A model generated the notes under the pieces. That model had not been told where the DNA came from. It made no database searches and saw nothing but the letters and a program-made list of their open reading frames with translations. A stretch of 64,000 bases of DNA from Patellaria atrata CBS 101060 (taxonomy: Eukaryota): positions 372,001 through 436,000 of the forward strand of contig MU006091.1 in the NCBI GenBank assembly GCA_010093705.1, read 5' to 3'. Shown in pieces: positions 13,809-26,900 of this stretch. The position numbers and the translations under genes were made by a program. Every line of letters begins with the position of its first letter. Positions within the stretch are counted from its first letter, which is position 1.

Positions 13809-14619
13809 ATGCGCGGCAAATTGGTAGTTTTTGAAGGTCTTGATAAAGCAGGCAAATCGACACAATGTGCGCGTCTCATAGAAACTTTGCAGAAGCGAGG
13901 CCATCAAGTACGACATCAACGGTTTCCGGGTATGTTAGGTCTTCCTCAATATGCTTTGTAATTATCCTTATGGATCTTTTTCAGTTTCACGTGTCTCTTA
14001 CTCACTATGATTTGCTATCTTTCAGCTGATCTGATATATAGACAGAACGACACCAATCGGCCAGATGATAGACAGCTATCTCAGGGGCAAGAATGAACAG
14101 GAAGATCATGTCATACATCTATTATTTTCTGCTAACAGATGGGAAGCAGCGTATGTAGAATGTTTACTATTTCAGTTCATCGTCATCTAACTATTTAATA
14201 GAACTACAATCTTGAAAGATATCAAGAATGGGACAACCGTGGTTGTTGACCGCTATTATTATTCAGGTTGCGTCTATTCTGCCGCCAAAGGCAATCCAAT
14301 TCTTGATCTAGCTTGGGCAAGACATCCTGAAGAGGGGCTGCCCCGACCCGATCTTTGCGTATTTCTGGACATCTCTGCCGCAGATGCCGCCAAGCGCGGT
14401 GGATTCGGAGAAGAGAAGTACGAGAGCAAGAATATGCAGGATAGGGTGCGTGAGCTCTTTGGCGTGCTGAAAGCAGCACCTGAGAAAGATGATTTCGTAA
14501 CTATTGATGCTGGGCGTTCCATGGAGGACGTTGAGACTGCTATCCTCCATGCAGTGCTCAGTAGGTTCCGGGATATCGATGACAAAGGTACCGATCTTGG
14601 CCAAGTAGCTCCATGGTAG
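13809..14619 (+). CDS. CDC8: Thymidylate kinase
   Basis: MRGKLVVFEGLDKAGKSTQC (P-loop), RFP|DRTTPIGQMIDSYL, HLLFSANRWE, VVDRYYYSG, GLPRPDL, RGGFGEEKYE. Two GT-AG introns. Confidence 0.95.
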
Positions 14620-14733
14620 CATAGGACAATCCAATGCGTGATAGAACCCAGGCGAATCAGAACGGAACTGCGTGAACACCTTCCAGACAGGTTTCACCCG
14701 AGGTTCTGCACATTAACCTAGGAGGTGAACCTC

Positions 14734-16172
14734 TCAATCCATCACACCCGTCTCTTCCTCGCTGTCCTCAATGATTGCCTCTGCGCTGAATTTTTTGGCC
14801 TTCCCAAAAGACCCAGAATGCATTATCACTGGTTCATCCTCACAACTAGAATCTTCACTGACGACTGACAACTGATCATCGTCGTCGTCTAACTTATACG
14901 CCCAATTATCGTCTAAGTCAGAGTCATCTGATAATGGTTCCGGTATTATAAGTTGTCGTTGTATAGACTTTGCGTTATCAGTAACTATTCCTATGCTATC
15001 ATCTTCATCACTCATCACATTTAGAGATGCTGTAGCGGTACTTGCGACAGCCGCTACACCTGCGGCACCGGGTATTTTACGAGCTCTCTGTTTACGCTGC
15101 TTAAACAGCATCTCTACTTCTTTATCTCCACGGGTACGAAGGCTGAGGTCCTTAACCAGGTCAATCCATCGTAGTTGTTGCTTGCACTCAGGACATGTTC
15201 CAGTCGTGGGAAGGAGAGCATCTTTCTCTACCCCTGCTTGAAGGAAGTGCTGCGACAAACATGTCATGTGAGATGCAGACTTGCAGTCCCCGTGTGAACA
15301 TATCAAAACTGGTGTCTGCCCTGCTTCGAGCTCATCTTGACAAATAGTGCAGCAACTGGTTTGGTTTTGTATGACTGACTGACTCTTTGCTATGTATTCC
15401 TTGGATGATTTATAAGTGACATCAATAGAATGAATGCCTGAAGTAGCTTTTGCTACATCGGTCAGAAGTGCGGGATCACTTGCACCTTGCTGCAGAGATG
15501 ATTTCGTTTCCAACTCGATTAAGATACTCCCGTCAATCTTGCGTTCCTCTTTCTTATCACATCGTTGCCAGACGCGATAGAGGTTCTCATCGAAGAATTT
15601 AACAGCGAGAGGCCAGCGAGCAAAACTTTTCACTCGGAGGAGGAGGTGCAGATTTGCCATCTTATCACCCACTGAGATCCTGGGACGGACTGGTCGCGTC
15701 CTTTCTTTTCCACTCGCAGGAGAGGTCCGATTCCTGCTTTTGGCAGAAGTAATCCTATCATCATCCGGGATATGTCGCGTGACGTGAGTATTTTGCCATG
15801 CCCATCTATTCTCCGTCAACATAGTGAACTCAAGACATATTCGGACGTATACAATGATATCATGAAACAAGAGATACCGGTCGAACAAAATTGAAATCAT
15901 GCTTACTCAAACTGCAAAGCTGCAATCTTGCTAGGAAAACCTGTTACGATACAAGCCATCTCCCAAGGACGTAGTGATCGCTTCTCCGTACCCTTTGTAC
16001 GGACAGCCCCTCCACTTGCATCCCCATTATGTTGTCTCAGTCTACGGACTGGATTAGGCGTGGATCCTACGTAAAGGAATGTGCGACTAACAGTTGATCG
16101 AAGGAGATAGCAGCAGTAAAAAGGAGGGATTACTTTTTCCACGGGGACACCCTTTAACATGTCGTCCGACAT
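14734..16172 (-). CDS. SLX1: Structure-specific endonuclease catalytic subunit SLX1 (GIY-YIG plus RING)
   Basis: FYCCYLLRS...[18 protein letters not shown]...GGAVRT...RPWEM...[17 protein letters not shown], then a C-terminal Cys/His RING (C..C...C....C...H..C...CPEC...W). One intron. The start could be 16172 or 16160. Confidence 0.93.
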
Positions 16173-17115
16173 ATGGACCTCAGCAATGCAGTATCTATGA
16201 TAGCGCCCATCCGACTTGTTCAATATTTATCGAAAACCACTGAACACACGATCAAAAGCAACTGAGATTGAATGGACTGTAACACTTATAGATATGCCGT
16301 TCAGCACGACAGAAGGGAGAACTTGGAGAAGACGTGCAGTTCTGCAAGTGCCTCAAAGCCCCATGGCACGATCCCTGCTTGAGGTTCTGGGCGCCAGCCG
16401 CACCTTGAAACCACGCCAGTGCCGACGCACCGCGGACGACATCCGTAAAAAGCTCAAGAAGATATCAGTTCAAGAAAGGGTTCCAACAGATGGCAGAGTC
16501 ATACTCCGTACATATTTCTATAAAACTAATATTAACTGAATCGAAAATAAACCCTCCAAATGCTTATTCTTATATTTGTAGATCAGATGAGGCTGGTACC
16601 CTTACTGGAGCCATTTTTATACCGCGGCACCCACCTTCGCTAAAATCAGACTAGTTCGTTCTTTGACGAGCTGCTTCCTGATCTGCTGCGAACCTTTAGA
16701 ACTTAGGTTAGAATGCCCTGATGCCCTCAAAGCCCGCCTTCTCTTCGCTCCTCCTCCTCTTCTTCCGATATCCCCCCATATCTGATCCCAAACTACCATT
16801 CCTGAATCCACTCTCATGGAATTTATTGCGCATTTACGGCTCGACTCCTATTTCAAAACATACTCATCCTCCCATTGACCTCTCTTTCACCATTTTCGTC
16901 GCTTCAGCAGGGGCCAGATATCTCACGTAGGATTGTCGCGAGTGCATTGTAGGGAACTTTTCCGGTCTACATGTCCACAATTATCATCCGCCGGTAACTC
17001 TCAACCAGATAAAAGTATCAAACCCTTTGTTTTCCCTACCACCGCCGATCAACTTTGTCATATATTGCGACGGAAAAGTGGAAGAAGGGCACTGGGCTGC
17101 CCTACGGCTTGATAT

Positions 17116-20100
17116 ATGATGGCACCTCAGGTTGCTGGAGCCGGCGTGCTTCCCACCATGATTGCGACACCGCCTATACGTCCACTGCATACGAATGAGT
17201 CAACTCCGGCTCCCCCAAAAGCTCCACGAGGTCGCATGAATGGGTCATCCCAAGCACCAAGCAGCGGTCCGCAATCAACCAACAGTCTCACAATGCCACT
17301 TAGTGCGCGGAAAGCCCAACCTTTGGATCTCGCATCCGTAGAACGAAGGGGACAGCCTACAGCGAGTCGTGAACCTATCAAACTCTCTCGACCGTTCGGA
17401 ATACTTGAGGCTCCTACCTTTAGACCAACTACAGAAGAGTTTAGAGACCCGATAGAATACATAAAGAAGATTGGGATTGAGGGTAGGAAATATGGCATTG
17501 CCAAAATTATTCCTCCAGACAGCTGGAACCCCAATTTTGCCATTGATACTGAGGTAGGGTCACACCATGCGTATTTTCACGACATGAGTGGTTTCTTTTT
17601 CCGTTTCACTCAACCGGTTTGTTTCTGCCTACTAACAACTCTCAGCGATTCCATTTCCGCACCAGGCGTCAAGAATTAAACTCTGTTGAAGGAGGTACGT
17701 CTGCATTCATTTTACGAAAAATGCGTGATATTTATACTAATTTTCGCCAGCTACTCGCACAAGTCTCAACTATCTCGACCAGTTATCGAAGTATCACAAA
17801 CAAAATGGTATCAATCTGGTCCGCTTTCCAAGTGTGGACAAGCGGCCGCTTGATCTCTATAAGCTGAAACGTGCAGTTGAGATGCGAGGAGGTTTCGAGA
17901 AAGTCTGCAAGCAAAAGAAGTGGGCTGAAATTGGTAGAGATCTCGGTTACAGTGGGAAGATAATGTCCTCTCTTTCAACTTCGCTCAAGAACTCCTACCA
18001 GAAATGGCTTCATCCTTATGAAGAGTATTTGAAGATTGCAAAACCCGGTGTCTACCAGCAACTGGAGATGGAAAATGGCGGTCCTTATACCCCCTCTCCG
18101 GGACCGTCTCCATTGAAGAAACCATCGCATCAGAACACGCCGTCAAGCTTAGGAGGCGATTCTCCAGCAGTTCGCGCCTCAACGGCGTTGAACGCAACAC
18201 TCCAGGATGTACCTATACCTAAACTTGAGCCATCTCGAGAGACTCTTCGAGAGACACCCAGACCGCCGCCTTCTTCTGGCTTCACTGCTGTAAATCATAG
18301 CGGGGGTTTCACGGCCGTCAACGCATCTTCAGGATTTTCAGCGATCAATGCACCGGGCGCACAGCCAAGTATGACTAGTTTTCAGGCTGTTCATCACCCA
18401 AGCTCGTCTTCTTTCTCAGCTATCAACACTTTGAACGGTCATCATCGAGAGTCGGATAATTCTACACCTATACGATCGGTGGAAAGCCCACTGACTTCTG
18501 CCAATGGCACACCGGACCTGAGGCCGTCGGCTTTTGCTAACGGTACGCCCATCGCAAATGGACAAGGAATACATCGCATAAAGCGACAAAACTCGATTGG
18601 CACACCGGAGAACGGGGCAAGTAATGGTGATGGCGATGCTTCTGGAAGACGAAGCAAGAGACTTCGAAAAGGTGAGTTTTATAATGCGTATCTTTTGTGT
18701 CTTCGGATATATGCAGCAGTGGAGTGGAATTATTAGATGAGAGTTGGACTTGTCGTCTAAACAAGGATGCGGATGGGCGCATACCGGGTTTGGGCGCAGG
18801 CCCTTCACGGCCCTTTTCTTGTGTCGCGTACTTGCTGCGATTGGCGCCGAATGCCGATCCCTTCCGGGGCTACAGAGGCTAATCCGATGTTACTTGCAGA
18901 TGCCGCACCCACCGTGGCTGGTTCGCATATGACCCAACCTCGACTACCAACTCCACGTCTTTATGCTCCTAAGGATCGTAGTAAAGAAAAGCCAGGTGAT
19001 GTAAGTCACCTGCACCATGCAGTTCGTCTTTGTTTCTGTCTTTCACCATCTCCGCTCCCCCTTCTTCCTTGCCTCAAAACACTAACAACCTGGGTAGAAA
19101 TGCGAGACCTGTGGCAAAGACGATGAGCCGACGGCAATATTACTTTGCGACAGCTGTGACGCAGGATATCATCGATACTGCCTGGAACCTCCTCTCAAAG
19201 CAACCCCCGATTACGACTGGCATTGCCCAAGGTGTCTTGTCGGTACTGGAGAATTCGGTTTCGAGGAAGGGGGAGTCTACTCCCTGAAACAATTCCAAGA
19301 AAAAGCGAACAACTTCAAAGAAAATTATTTCCTCCCACGTATGCCTTTCGACCCTGTCCTTAACTGTAAGCGTCCTGTTACGGAAGAGGATGTGGAGAAA
19401 GAGTTCTGGAGGCTGGTTGAAAGCATTACCGAAACCGTTGAGGTCGAATATGGCGCTGATATTCACTCCACCACACATGGGAGTGGCTTCCCCACTCAGG
19501 AGAAATGTCCACGAGATCCGTACGCCAATGACCCGTGGAATCTAAACGTCTTGCCTCTGCATCCCGAATCATTATTCAAACACATCAAATCTGATATTTC
19601 AGGCATGACCGTCCCATGGTTGTATGTTGGGATGTGTTTCTCCACCTTCTGCTGGCATTCCGAGGATCACAATACCTACTCGACAAATTATCAGCACTTT
19701 GGTGCTACTAAGACCTGGTACGGGATCCCCAGCGAAGATGCCGAGAAGTTTGAAAATGCAATGCGGGAAGCTGTACCGGAGCTTTTCGAAACTCAACCAG
19801 ATCTCCTATTCCAATTGGTCACTCTCCTTACACCGGAACAGCTGAAGAAAGCTGGGGTTCGTGTGTACGCTTTGGACCAGCGGGCCGGGCAGTTTGTAGT
19901 TACATTCCCTGAAGCTTACCATGCTGGATTTAACCATGGTTTTAACTTTAACGAGGCTGTTAACTTCGCGCCGCGAGACTGGGAGCCTTATGGGGAAACC
20001 GGTGTCCAAAAACTTCAGGCTTTCCGGAGGCAACCGTGTTTCTCTCATGATGAGTTGCTATTGACGGCAGCGCAACGAGAAGGCAACTCCATTAAGTCTG

Positions 20101-22845
20101 CAAAGTGGTTGTCACCTCCTCTTAAGCGTCTTCTCGAGCGTGAGCTGAAAGTCAGAGACGAATTCTTCAATAAACAAAAGGAGCACGAGCAAATGTGGCT
20201 TAATAGCGACGTCACTCATGATAATAAACCCGACTTGACGGGCGAACTGGATGAAGGCGATCTAGTAGATGACGACTATATATGCGCATACTGCAAGTGT
20301 TATGCGTATTTGTCACGTTATGTTTGCTACAAGAGTGAGAAGACCATTTGCCTGCATCATGCTGGGACCTTCGAATGTTGTGAGGACGACGAGACTGGTC
20401 GCTTCCTAGGATTGAACGGTAGTCATTCTCTACATTTGCGCATGACAGACGAGCAGCTTAGCGATTCCGTTCAAAAGGTCATCGATAAAGCTCAAGCACC
20501 TGAGTTATGGGAAGAAAAGCTGGAGAAGCTCCTGGAGGAAGAACCTAAACCTCAACTGAAAGCGCTTAAGTCCTTACTAAGCGAGGGTGAGAAGATCCAA
20601 TGGGATATCCCAACTTTACCCGAGTTGAAGAAATACGTCGACCGATGTACTGAATGGGTAGAAGACGCTCAGAACTACATCACCCGGAAACAACAAAACC
20701 GCCGCAAAAACGAACGTATTTGGCGCAAGAGTAACAACGCAGCCAAAGCAGCTGAGATGGAGGAACGTGATCGAGAGTTCCGCAAGGTTGAGAACATCAA
20801 GAGGTTGCTTGCTTTAGCGGATGAAATTTCGTTTGATTGTCCTGAAATTCAAACGCTTCGCGAGCGCGCCGACAACATTACGGAGTTTCAGAAGAATGCG
20901 CAAAACGCTCTCGCTAACTATGGCTTACGTACGGTGAAGGAAATGGATGAGCTAGTCGACGTTGGTAAGAGCTTTAATGTCGATATCCCTGAAGTCGAGC
21001 AGCTGGATAAACTAGTTCAACAACTAAAATGGATCGAATTGGCTCGGGAGCGCCGCAACGGTCCTCCCATGACGTTACAGGAAGTATCTGAGTTTATTCG
21101 CAAAGGTCTTGATCTAGGTATACCAGAAACTGACCAATTTATCTCCTTCTTTAAGGAGCAAGAAGAACAAGGTAAATTGTGGGAGGCCAAAGCAAAGGAA
21201 CTCATGGCCGTGGAAAATGTCCATTATCAACAGCTTGACGCCTTGTCGAACCAAGCCAGCGCATTCCCTGTCACTCCCGAAACACTTGCTGCGGTGGATG
21301 CTATCTTGAAGAAGCAACGAGACGTTCAAGAACAGATTGTCGCTTTATATGAAAAGAGTAAGCATCCCGATTTGAAGCAGCGTCCGAAGTACAAAGAGGT
21401 CCGAGAAGCGATGGATGTATTATTACAGTTGAACACTAAACCCCCAGGTACTCTTGACCTCGAGAAGGAACAAAAGCGGCATGAAGACTGGATGAGGAGA
21501 GGAAAGAAGCTGTTTGGCAAAGCAAACGCTCCGCTGCATATCCTTCACTCTCACATGCAAGCCGTCGAGAGTCGCAACGAGGCGTGCTTCGATCTCAATG
21601 ACCAACCAAGAATGCCTGTGGAACCAGCTTCTAGGGAGCATACCCCAGTGGATCCACAAGAGGTCGAAGGTTCAGGTTCGAGTCGAGACGTTTTCTGCAT
21701 TTGCCGTAGACCAGAAGCTGGCATGATGATCGAGTGCGAGCTTTGTCACGAATGGTACTTACTCAACTATATTCCGATCATTTCATACTAACATTTGATG
21801 TAGGTACCACGGTAAATGTCTGAAAATCGCTCGGGGCAAGGTTAAGGAAGACGACAAATACACTTGCCCCATCTGCGACTACCGAGTCAAAATCCCCCGC
21901 GACGCCGCTCGACCGAAACTCGAGGACCTCCAACTCTGGCAAGACGAAATCCCAGGTCTTCCCTTCCAGCCCGAGGAGGAAGAAACTTTATCTAATATTA
22001 TCGACCATGCCCAAACCTTCCGCGACTTCATGAAGACAGTTATCAAAGACGACCCGCTCCTCTCCACTCCAGATGACCTGACAACCCAACGCTTCTACCT
22101 CCGCAAAATCGAAGGCGCCGACATCCTCCTCGCCTTCGAGACGAACTTTTTCCGCCAAGAACTCCATAAATGGGCACCCGTTGCACCAGAGCCACCACCA
22201 AAGTTGGAAGTCTCACTTTCCACAAGAAAACCCCGCCCAACCAAAGTGCAGAAACTTATGGCACAGTTAGGGGTCCAGAATCCAGAAGACCTTCCCCCGC
22301 ATCTGAGAACGAAAAGTATTTCTGGCCGCAGAAAGCAGAGTGAGAGACTTACCATGACACCCAAAACATTGGACGACCGTTCACATACCCCACCTGGCTT
22401 ACCGCCGAATATGCAGCAGCATCAACCCACTGTCGATCCGTTCGGCATCCCGACGACCTCTGTCCCTGACGTTGGACCGTCAAATCATCATCCCCGTGCT
22501 TTCGTTTTTTCGACCTCCACTGAACCCCCAATGTTTTCCCAAAACACGAATCCCTTCTCTCCATCCTTCAGTGCAGTTTCACCCCCCACCGCAACCATGA
22601 CCGTGGCAGCCATGGACTCGCGCTTAGATCCGGCCATGTTCGATCAGTCAAGGAGTGAGGACAGAGAAATGAGGGATTTCTTCAACTCGAGCGGTGGGAG
22701 TGGTGGTGACGGTGTTTTTGGCGATTTGGGTGGTGGGATGGGCATGGGGGATAGCCATGCTGAGGATGCCTTGGCAATGACTGGCACAACTGGCACAGGG
22801 GAGGATGGTGAAGACGGAGGGATAGGCGAGTTCTTGAATCAGTAA
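17116..22845 (+). CDS. lid2: KDM5/JARID1 histone H3K4 demethylase (Lid2/KdmB-like: JmjN, ARID, PHD, JmjC, C5HC2, PLU-1, PHD)
   Basis: JmjN EAPTFRPTTEEFRDP; ARID VDKRPLDLYKLKRAVEMRGG...W; PHD CETC...LLCDSCDAGYHRYCL; JmjC GMTVPWLYVGMCFSTFCWHSEDH...PEAYHAGFNHGFNFNEAVNF; second PHD FCICRR...MIECELCHEW|YHGKC. Five introns. Confidence 0.95.
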
Positions 22846-24285
22846 CGAGGAAACGCTCAAAAGTTAGTGATCATGTTAGGGCGGGAATGGTCCTTTTGGT
22901 TTCTTCCGGCAATGCTTTTTTTTTCTACTTAGTTTTCCCTGCTCCTTGGTCATCATTTCTCATGGTGGGCATGGCGTATAGAAGCTTCTTATTTCCTGCC
23001 CTATTCATATTTTAGACAGGTTCAGGGGGGCTTTTCATGGCACGAGGCAATGTCTGATGTTATTTTTTTGCTCTCTTTCTTTCTGCTCATATCTCATGCT
23101 GATTTATCCTACTTCATCATCTGGACCCCATTGTGGAGATTAGCTCCACTTTGTACTTTTACAGGAAGCCAAAAATGTATGTGCATAGCGGTTCTATCGG
23201 ACTTTTTTTTTTGATTCTGTGGTTGATTGCATGGTTTTCTTGACTTGATCCCTTTTCTGAAGGGGACAGGGGAGGTTCTTGCATGTGGGGATAGGGAAAG
23301 GGGAACAGGGGGTGTTGTGGTTTTGTGCATAGTTCTGTTGAGATAGAATAATGAGGGCTTTGGTTTTGTATATCGTATACCGTGGTTTCATCAAGGTACT
23401 TGAACTCTGAATATGATGTTTGTGATGAGGCTACGATGTGGTGCGTGTTGACGTCTCAAATGGGGAAGTCAGAAGAGAGGGAGACTTTCTGTGTCTCGTG
23501 TACCACTCATGCCTTACCTTACAATCCTGTCCTATAAGAATTCCGGCTCTTCTTGTGAGGGGGTTTCTGTGCGGTACAAATGGTACGCAGCCGTACAAAC
23601 GGTGGATTGATCGTAGAGAACGTGGAGATGGATGAATAGTCTGCGCTAGCGAGTATACGCGCGCTGTGCAATGGTTGTACCACGCCGACGCGATATCTGT
23701 ATGAGACATGTGGGACTGGGCAAAAAAAGTGATATTTCTATGATCGGGGTTTTGAAGGTCCAGACGGTTTACCGGTGTCTGAGGAATTGTACTAAAACTT
23801 TTATTGCTCGTTTGCTAGTGACCGGTCCAGCGAAAGGTCGGTACTGTTTGCTGGAGCGCTACTAAGGGGTTCCGTTGAAAATCAGCCAAGTCACTGAGAA
23901 GTTGATAGGGAAGGACTGGACAACTTGATGCATTGCACAGTGAGAACATAAGTTTATGAGAGGCTAAGATACCTGGTATTAGATATAACACCGAAAAAGT
24001 TATGATAATGGATATTTGAAAGAACAATCGAGGTTAAGGAAGGACTTGTTGGTAGAAGGGTCGTTGAACAGAAAGGTAACTATGATGCTGGGGTAGCATA
24101 TCATCGTTCACGCTACTGTCATTACGTCGTCATGTGATGCCCAAGACAAAAATGAACGAATGAATCATGTAAATAAAAGAAAGAATGATGTTAAGTGATC
24201 CGAAACGCGCTCAAGAACCGTCAATATACTCAAATTCGCACGCGCAAAGCAACCTCAAACTGGACAGAAAACTACCTTACCACTT

Positions 24286-26900
24286 ACTGTTCGGTCCCTG
24301 ATGCTACACCTCCCTCAATATCTCCGGCCTGTTTTTGTTTGCGTTCATCCCCGACTACCCATAGTCTGGAGAAGACAGAACTAGTTCATAATATGGAGAA
24401 GGAAGACTTGATGCTAAACCCAATAGTACGGAACCCCTTCGCTACTTCCGTTAGAATTATGTTGCTAACAGAGTTTTCTCTACGTTTAGTGGTCTCCAAA
24501 CCCATTCTTTGGATGCGGGTGATCCCAACACGGATCGCAAAGCGAAAAATTCACCACTCGTATGGGTGGTCATCCTGGCTCGTACGGCGAATATCGAAAC
24601 GTTCGAAGCGATTAGCAGAAACTTTTACACCGTTGGGATAGTACCCCTTCGAAATCTCTTTGAGGATTCGGTCTTTGACCTTTCCGAAGTAGAAGTTTTT
24701 GAATTTGTTAACGCTATGATTAATATTAAAGATAATTAAAAGAGTACCTGCTCTAATGATTCCCATGGCTAGGAGGAGCATCCCGGAGGATCCACTTTGG
24801 AAAAAGTCGGTGGTATCCCATAAGGACTGCACCAATCAGCTTATATAGTTGATATTGGGGTGGATTAACAAACTGCGCAGAAGCCTAACGGTAAATAAAA
24901 TATGCTCACAAAGGTGAGAAGTCTTACGTTCTCTGCTAGACGTATTGACAACCGTGTCTCGACAACGCCGCTCACGCTAAAGAGCTGATTTGACCGTCAG
25001 ATACAGACCAATGGAGGAGGGAGGCGTACTAGGGGAGAAATGTGGCTGGGAGTGAAGAGGCTTACCGCGTCCCTAAGTTCTCGAGCACGCTCTTGCTGAT
25101 GCGAAAATACTGGAATAAGATCTTTAATCTTTTTACACCGCAGTACCGACCTCTTTCGATCTTTAAAGCACTTAGGCGATCGATGCTTTGAGTGCGGACC
25201 ATGCAATCTTGATAAGCTCGGACTTTCTGCCTCTTTCATAACTTCGTCATGATCTTCGAGTTCACCAGAAGTCTCAGCCAATATTCCTTCTATTCTGTCT
25301 TGCACTTTGATGCATTCATTCAAATTATCGAGAAATTTGGGCACACTTTGGATGATCCAGAAGTACATACTGGAAGGACCGAAGGTTTGGTCATCAAAAA
25401 GGAGTTGTCGTGCTCTTCTGGATCCAGAACAACTTCTTGGTCATCGGATAGTAGCTTGGCTATATGTTTGTGAAAATTATTAGGAGAAAACGCTATCCGC
25501 AATAGATTATCTGCATTCCGTCCCGATAGCACGCCCTCCCAGTCATCTCTCATATTCATAGTTTGATAAACCTTTGAATCATCTCCAGGACTTAGAAGGA
25601 TAGTAGCAGTCCAGAACTGCAAGCACCTTCTAACTTGTATCTGAGAACTTGTTAGCGCTATTTGGCAATGAAGTACTGGTAATGGCTAACTCTACTTAGA
25701 GCCATTGCTAACATCTTCTCGTGCGAGCCGTAAAGGTGTCCGACGAACCATAAAGATGAGCGAGTCAAACGATTGTAAACAAGCTGTTCTAAGATAGGGG
25801 TTTATCATCCCTGGATCTCCCTTGTACCTTTGAATTATTTCTATGAATCTGGGCCTTCTTGATAATCTGGTACCAGGCATAAGTAAATGTCATCGACGAA
25901 TCATAGAATATTGGATTAATAGGATTGGAGCGACGTCTACAATCAGCCTTCGACTCCCAGGGAATACTTGAGTACACACCAAGGCACTTCAACATTAATT
26001 CAATTTTTCTGAAGAACAAGTCGTGACGAAATTCCTCTGCGCCAGTCGCGTGGTACCCAGTAGTCTTCTCGCAATAGTGGGATGGGATATCCAACCTGGG
26101 ATAGTCCCAAGGTCTCATTCTGCGATGTGAAGAAGGAAACATGTCGAAATAGTCCATCATAGGTTGGTCATTCGTTCGAATGCTAATGGCTGATGGGTTT
26201 AATATTGCGTTAGTATACTGTACATATATCGTACGGAAAAAGGTTCAGGAAGCACATGTATAATCCACTTTCAACTTGCTTTTCTCAACTTACGGAGTAC
26301 TGGTGACGATGATTAAGATTTTGAGACCCATCGGAACTAGTTTGAGATAATTCATCCTGTACTTGAGCATCTTGATCTGGTCCCTTCAACTTCGCCGCTT
26401 CTAGTCCATGTTCCTGATCAGAGGAATATTCGTCCCACCGAAGGGTAGATGGTAATATCTCTCCGCTGTCTCCACGGTCAGTGGCTGTTTGGCTATTTCG
26501 AGCAGGATAATAAGGGCACTCTTTGAAGAATCTTTACTTTGTTTCGTTCAACGAATTGTATTTCGAATCCTTCAGTAAGTTCTTTAAATCGGTAAGTGAG
26601 ATCTCTTCTGAACGATATTCCGCATACGGCGAAATTCCCCTCAAAACCGGCTCAGTTTTGGACGTGAGGGGAACGTCAGATTGGTCGTTTTGGGATGTAG
26701 TCCTAATATCGATTCTTTTCTTGGACTGCTCAAGCTCAGGGTTTGCGAGAGTGGAGAGTCTGGCCTCAAATCAGCTCCAGCATTGCGAACTGTTTGCTCA
26801 AATTTTCAATCAGATTTTGATTGATGACTTGGAGTGCCTCAACAATCTGAGAACTAGGAAGATTATTCTTTGCCAATTTAAGAACGGAAGTATTTGAAGG
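24286..26900 (-). pseudogene. Disabled fungal CorA-like membrane protein gene
   Basis: Family-type motifs EEHD/LLFDDQTFGPSSMYFWII (1-nt frameshift at about 25405) and LFSVSGVVETRLSIRLAENVRLLTFVSIFYLPLGFCA|SLW. In-frame stops at 26534, 25789 and 24551. Splice sites are still visible. Boundaries are approximate. Confidence 0.72.

Noticed and set aside
18672..18899. TPP riboswitch in the KDM5 intron
   Set aside because: It lacks the CUGAGA and CUGAU...UAAU...AGCG core, and the host gene is unrelated to thiamine.
23815..24027. 70-aa ORF with a hydrophobic N-terminus, a possible small secreted peptide
   Set aside because: It starts at TTG rather than ATG in a eukaryote, with no splice-supported first exon or recognisable family.
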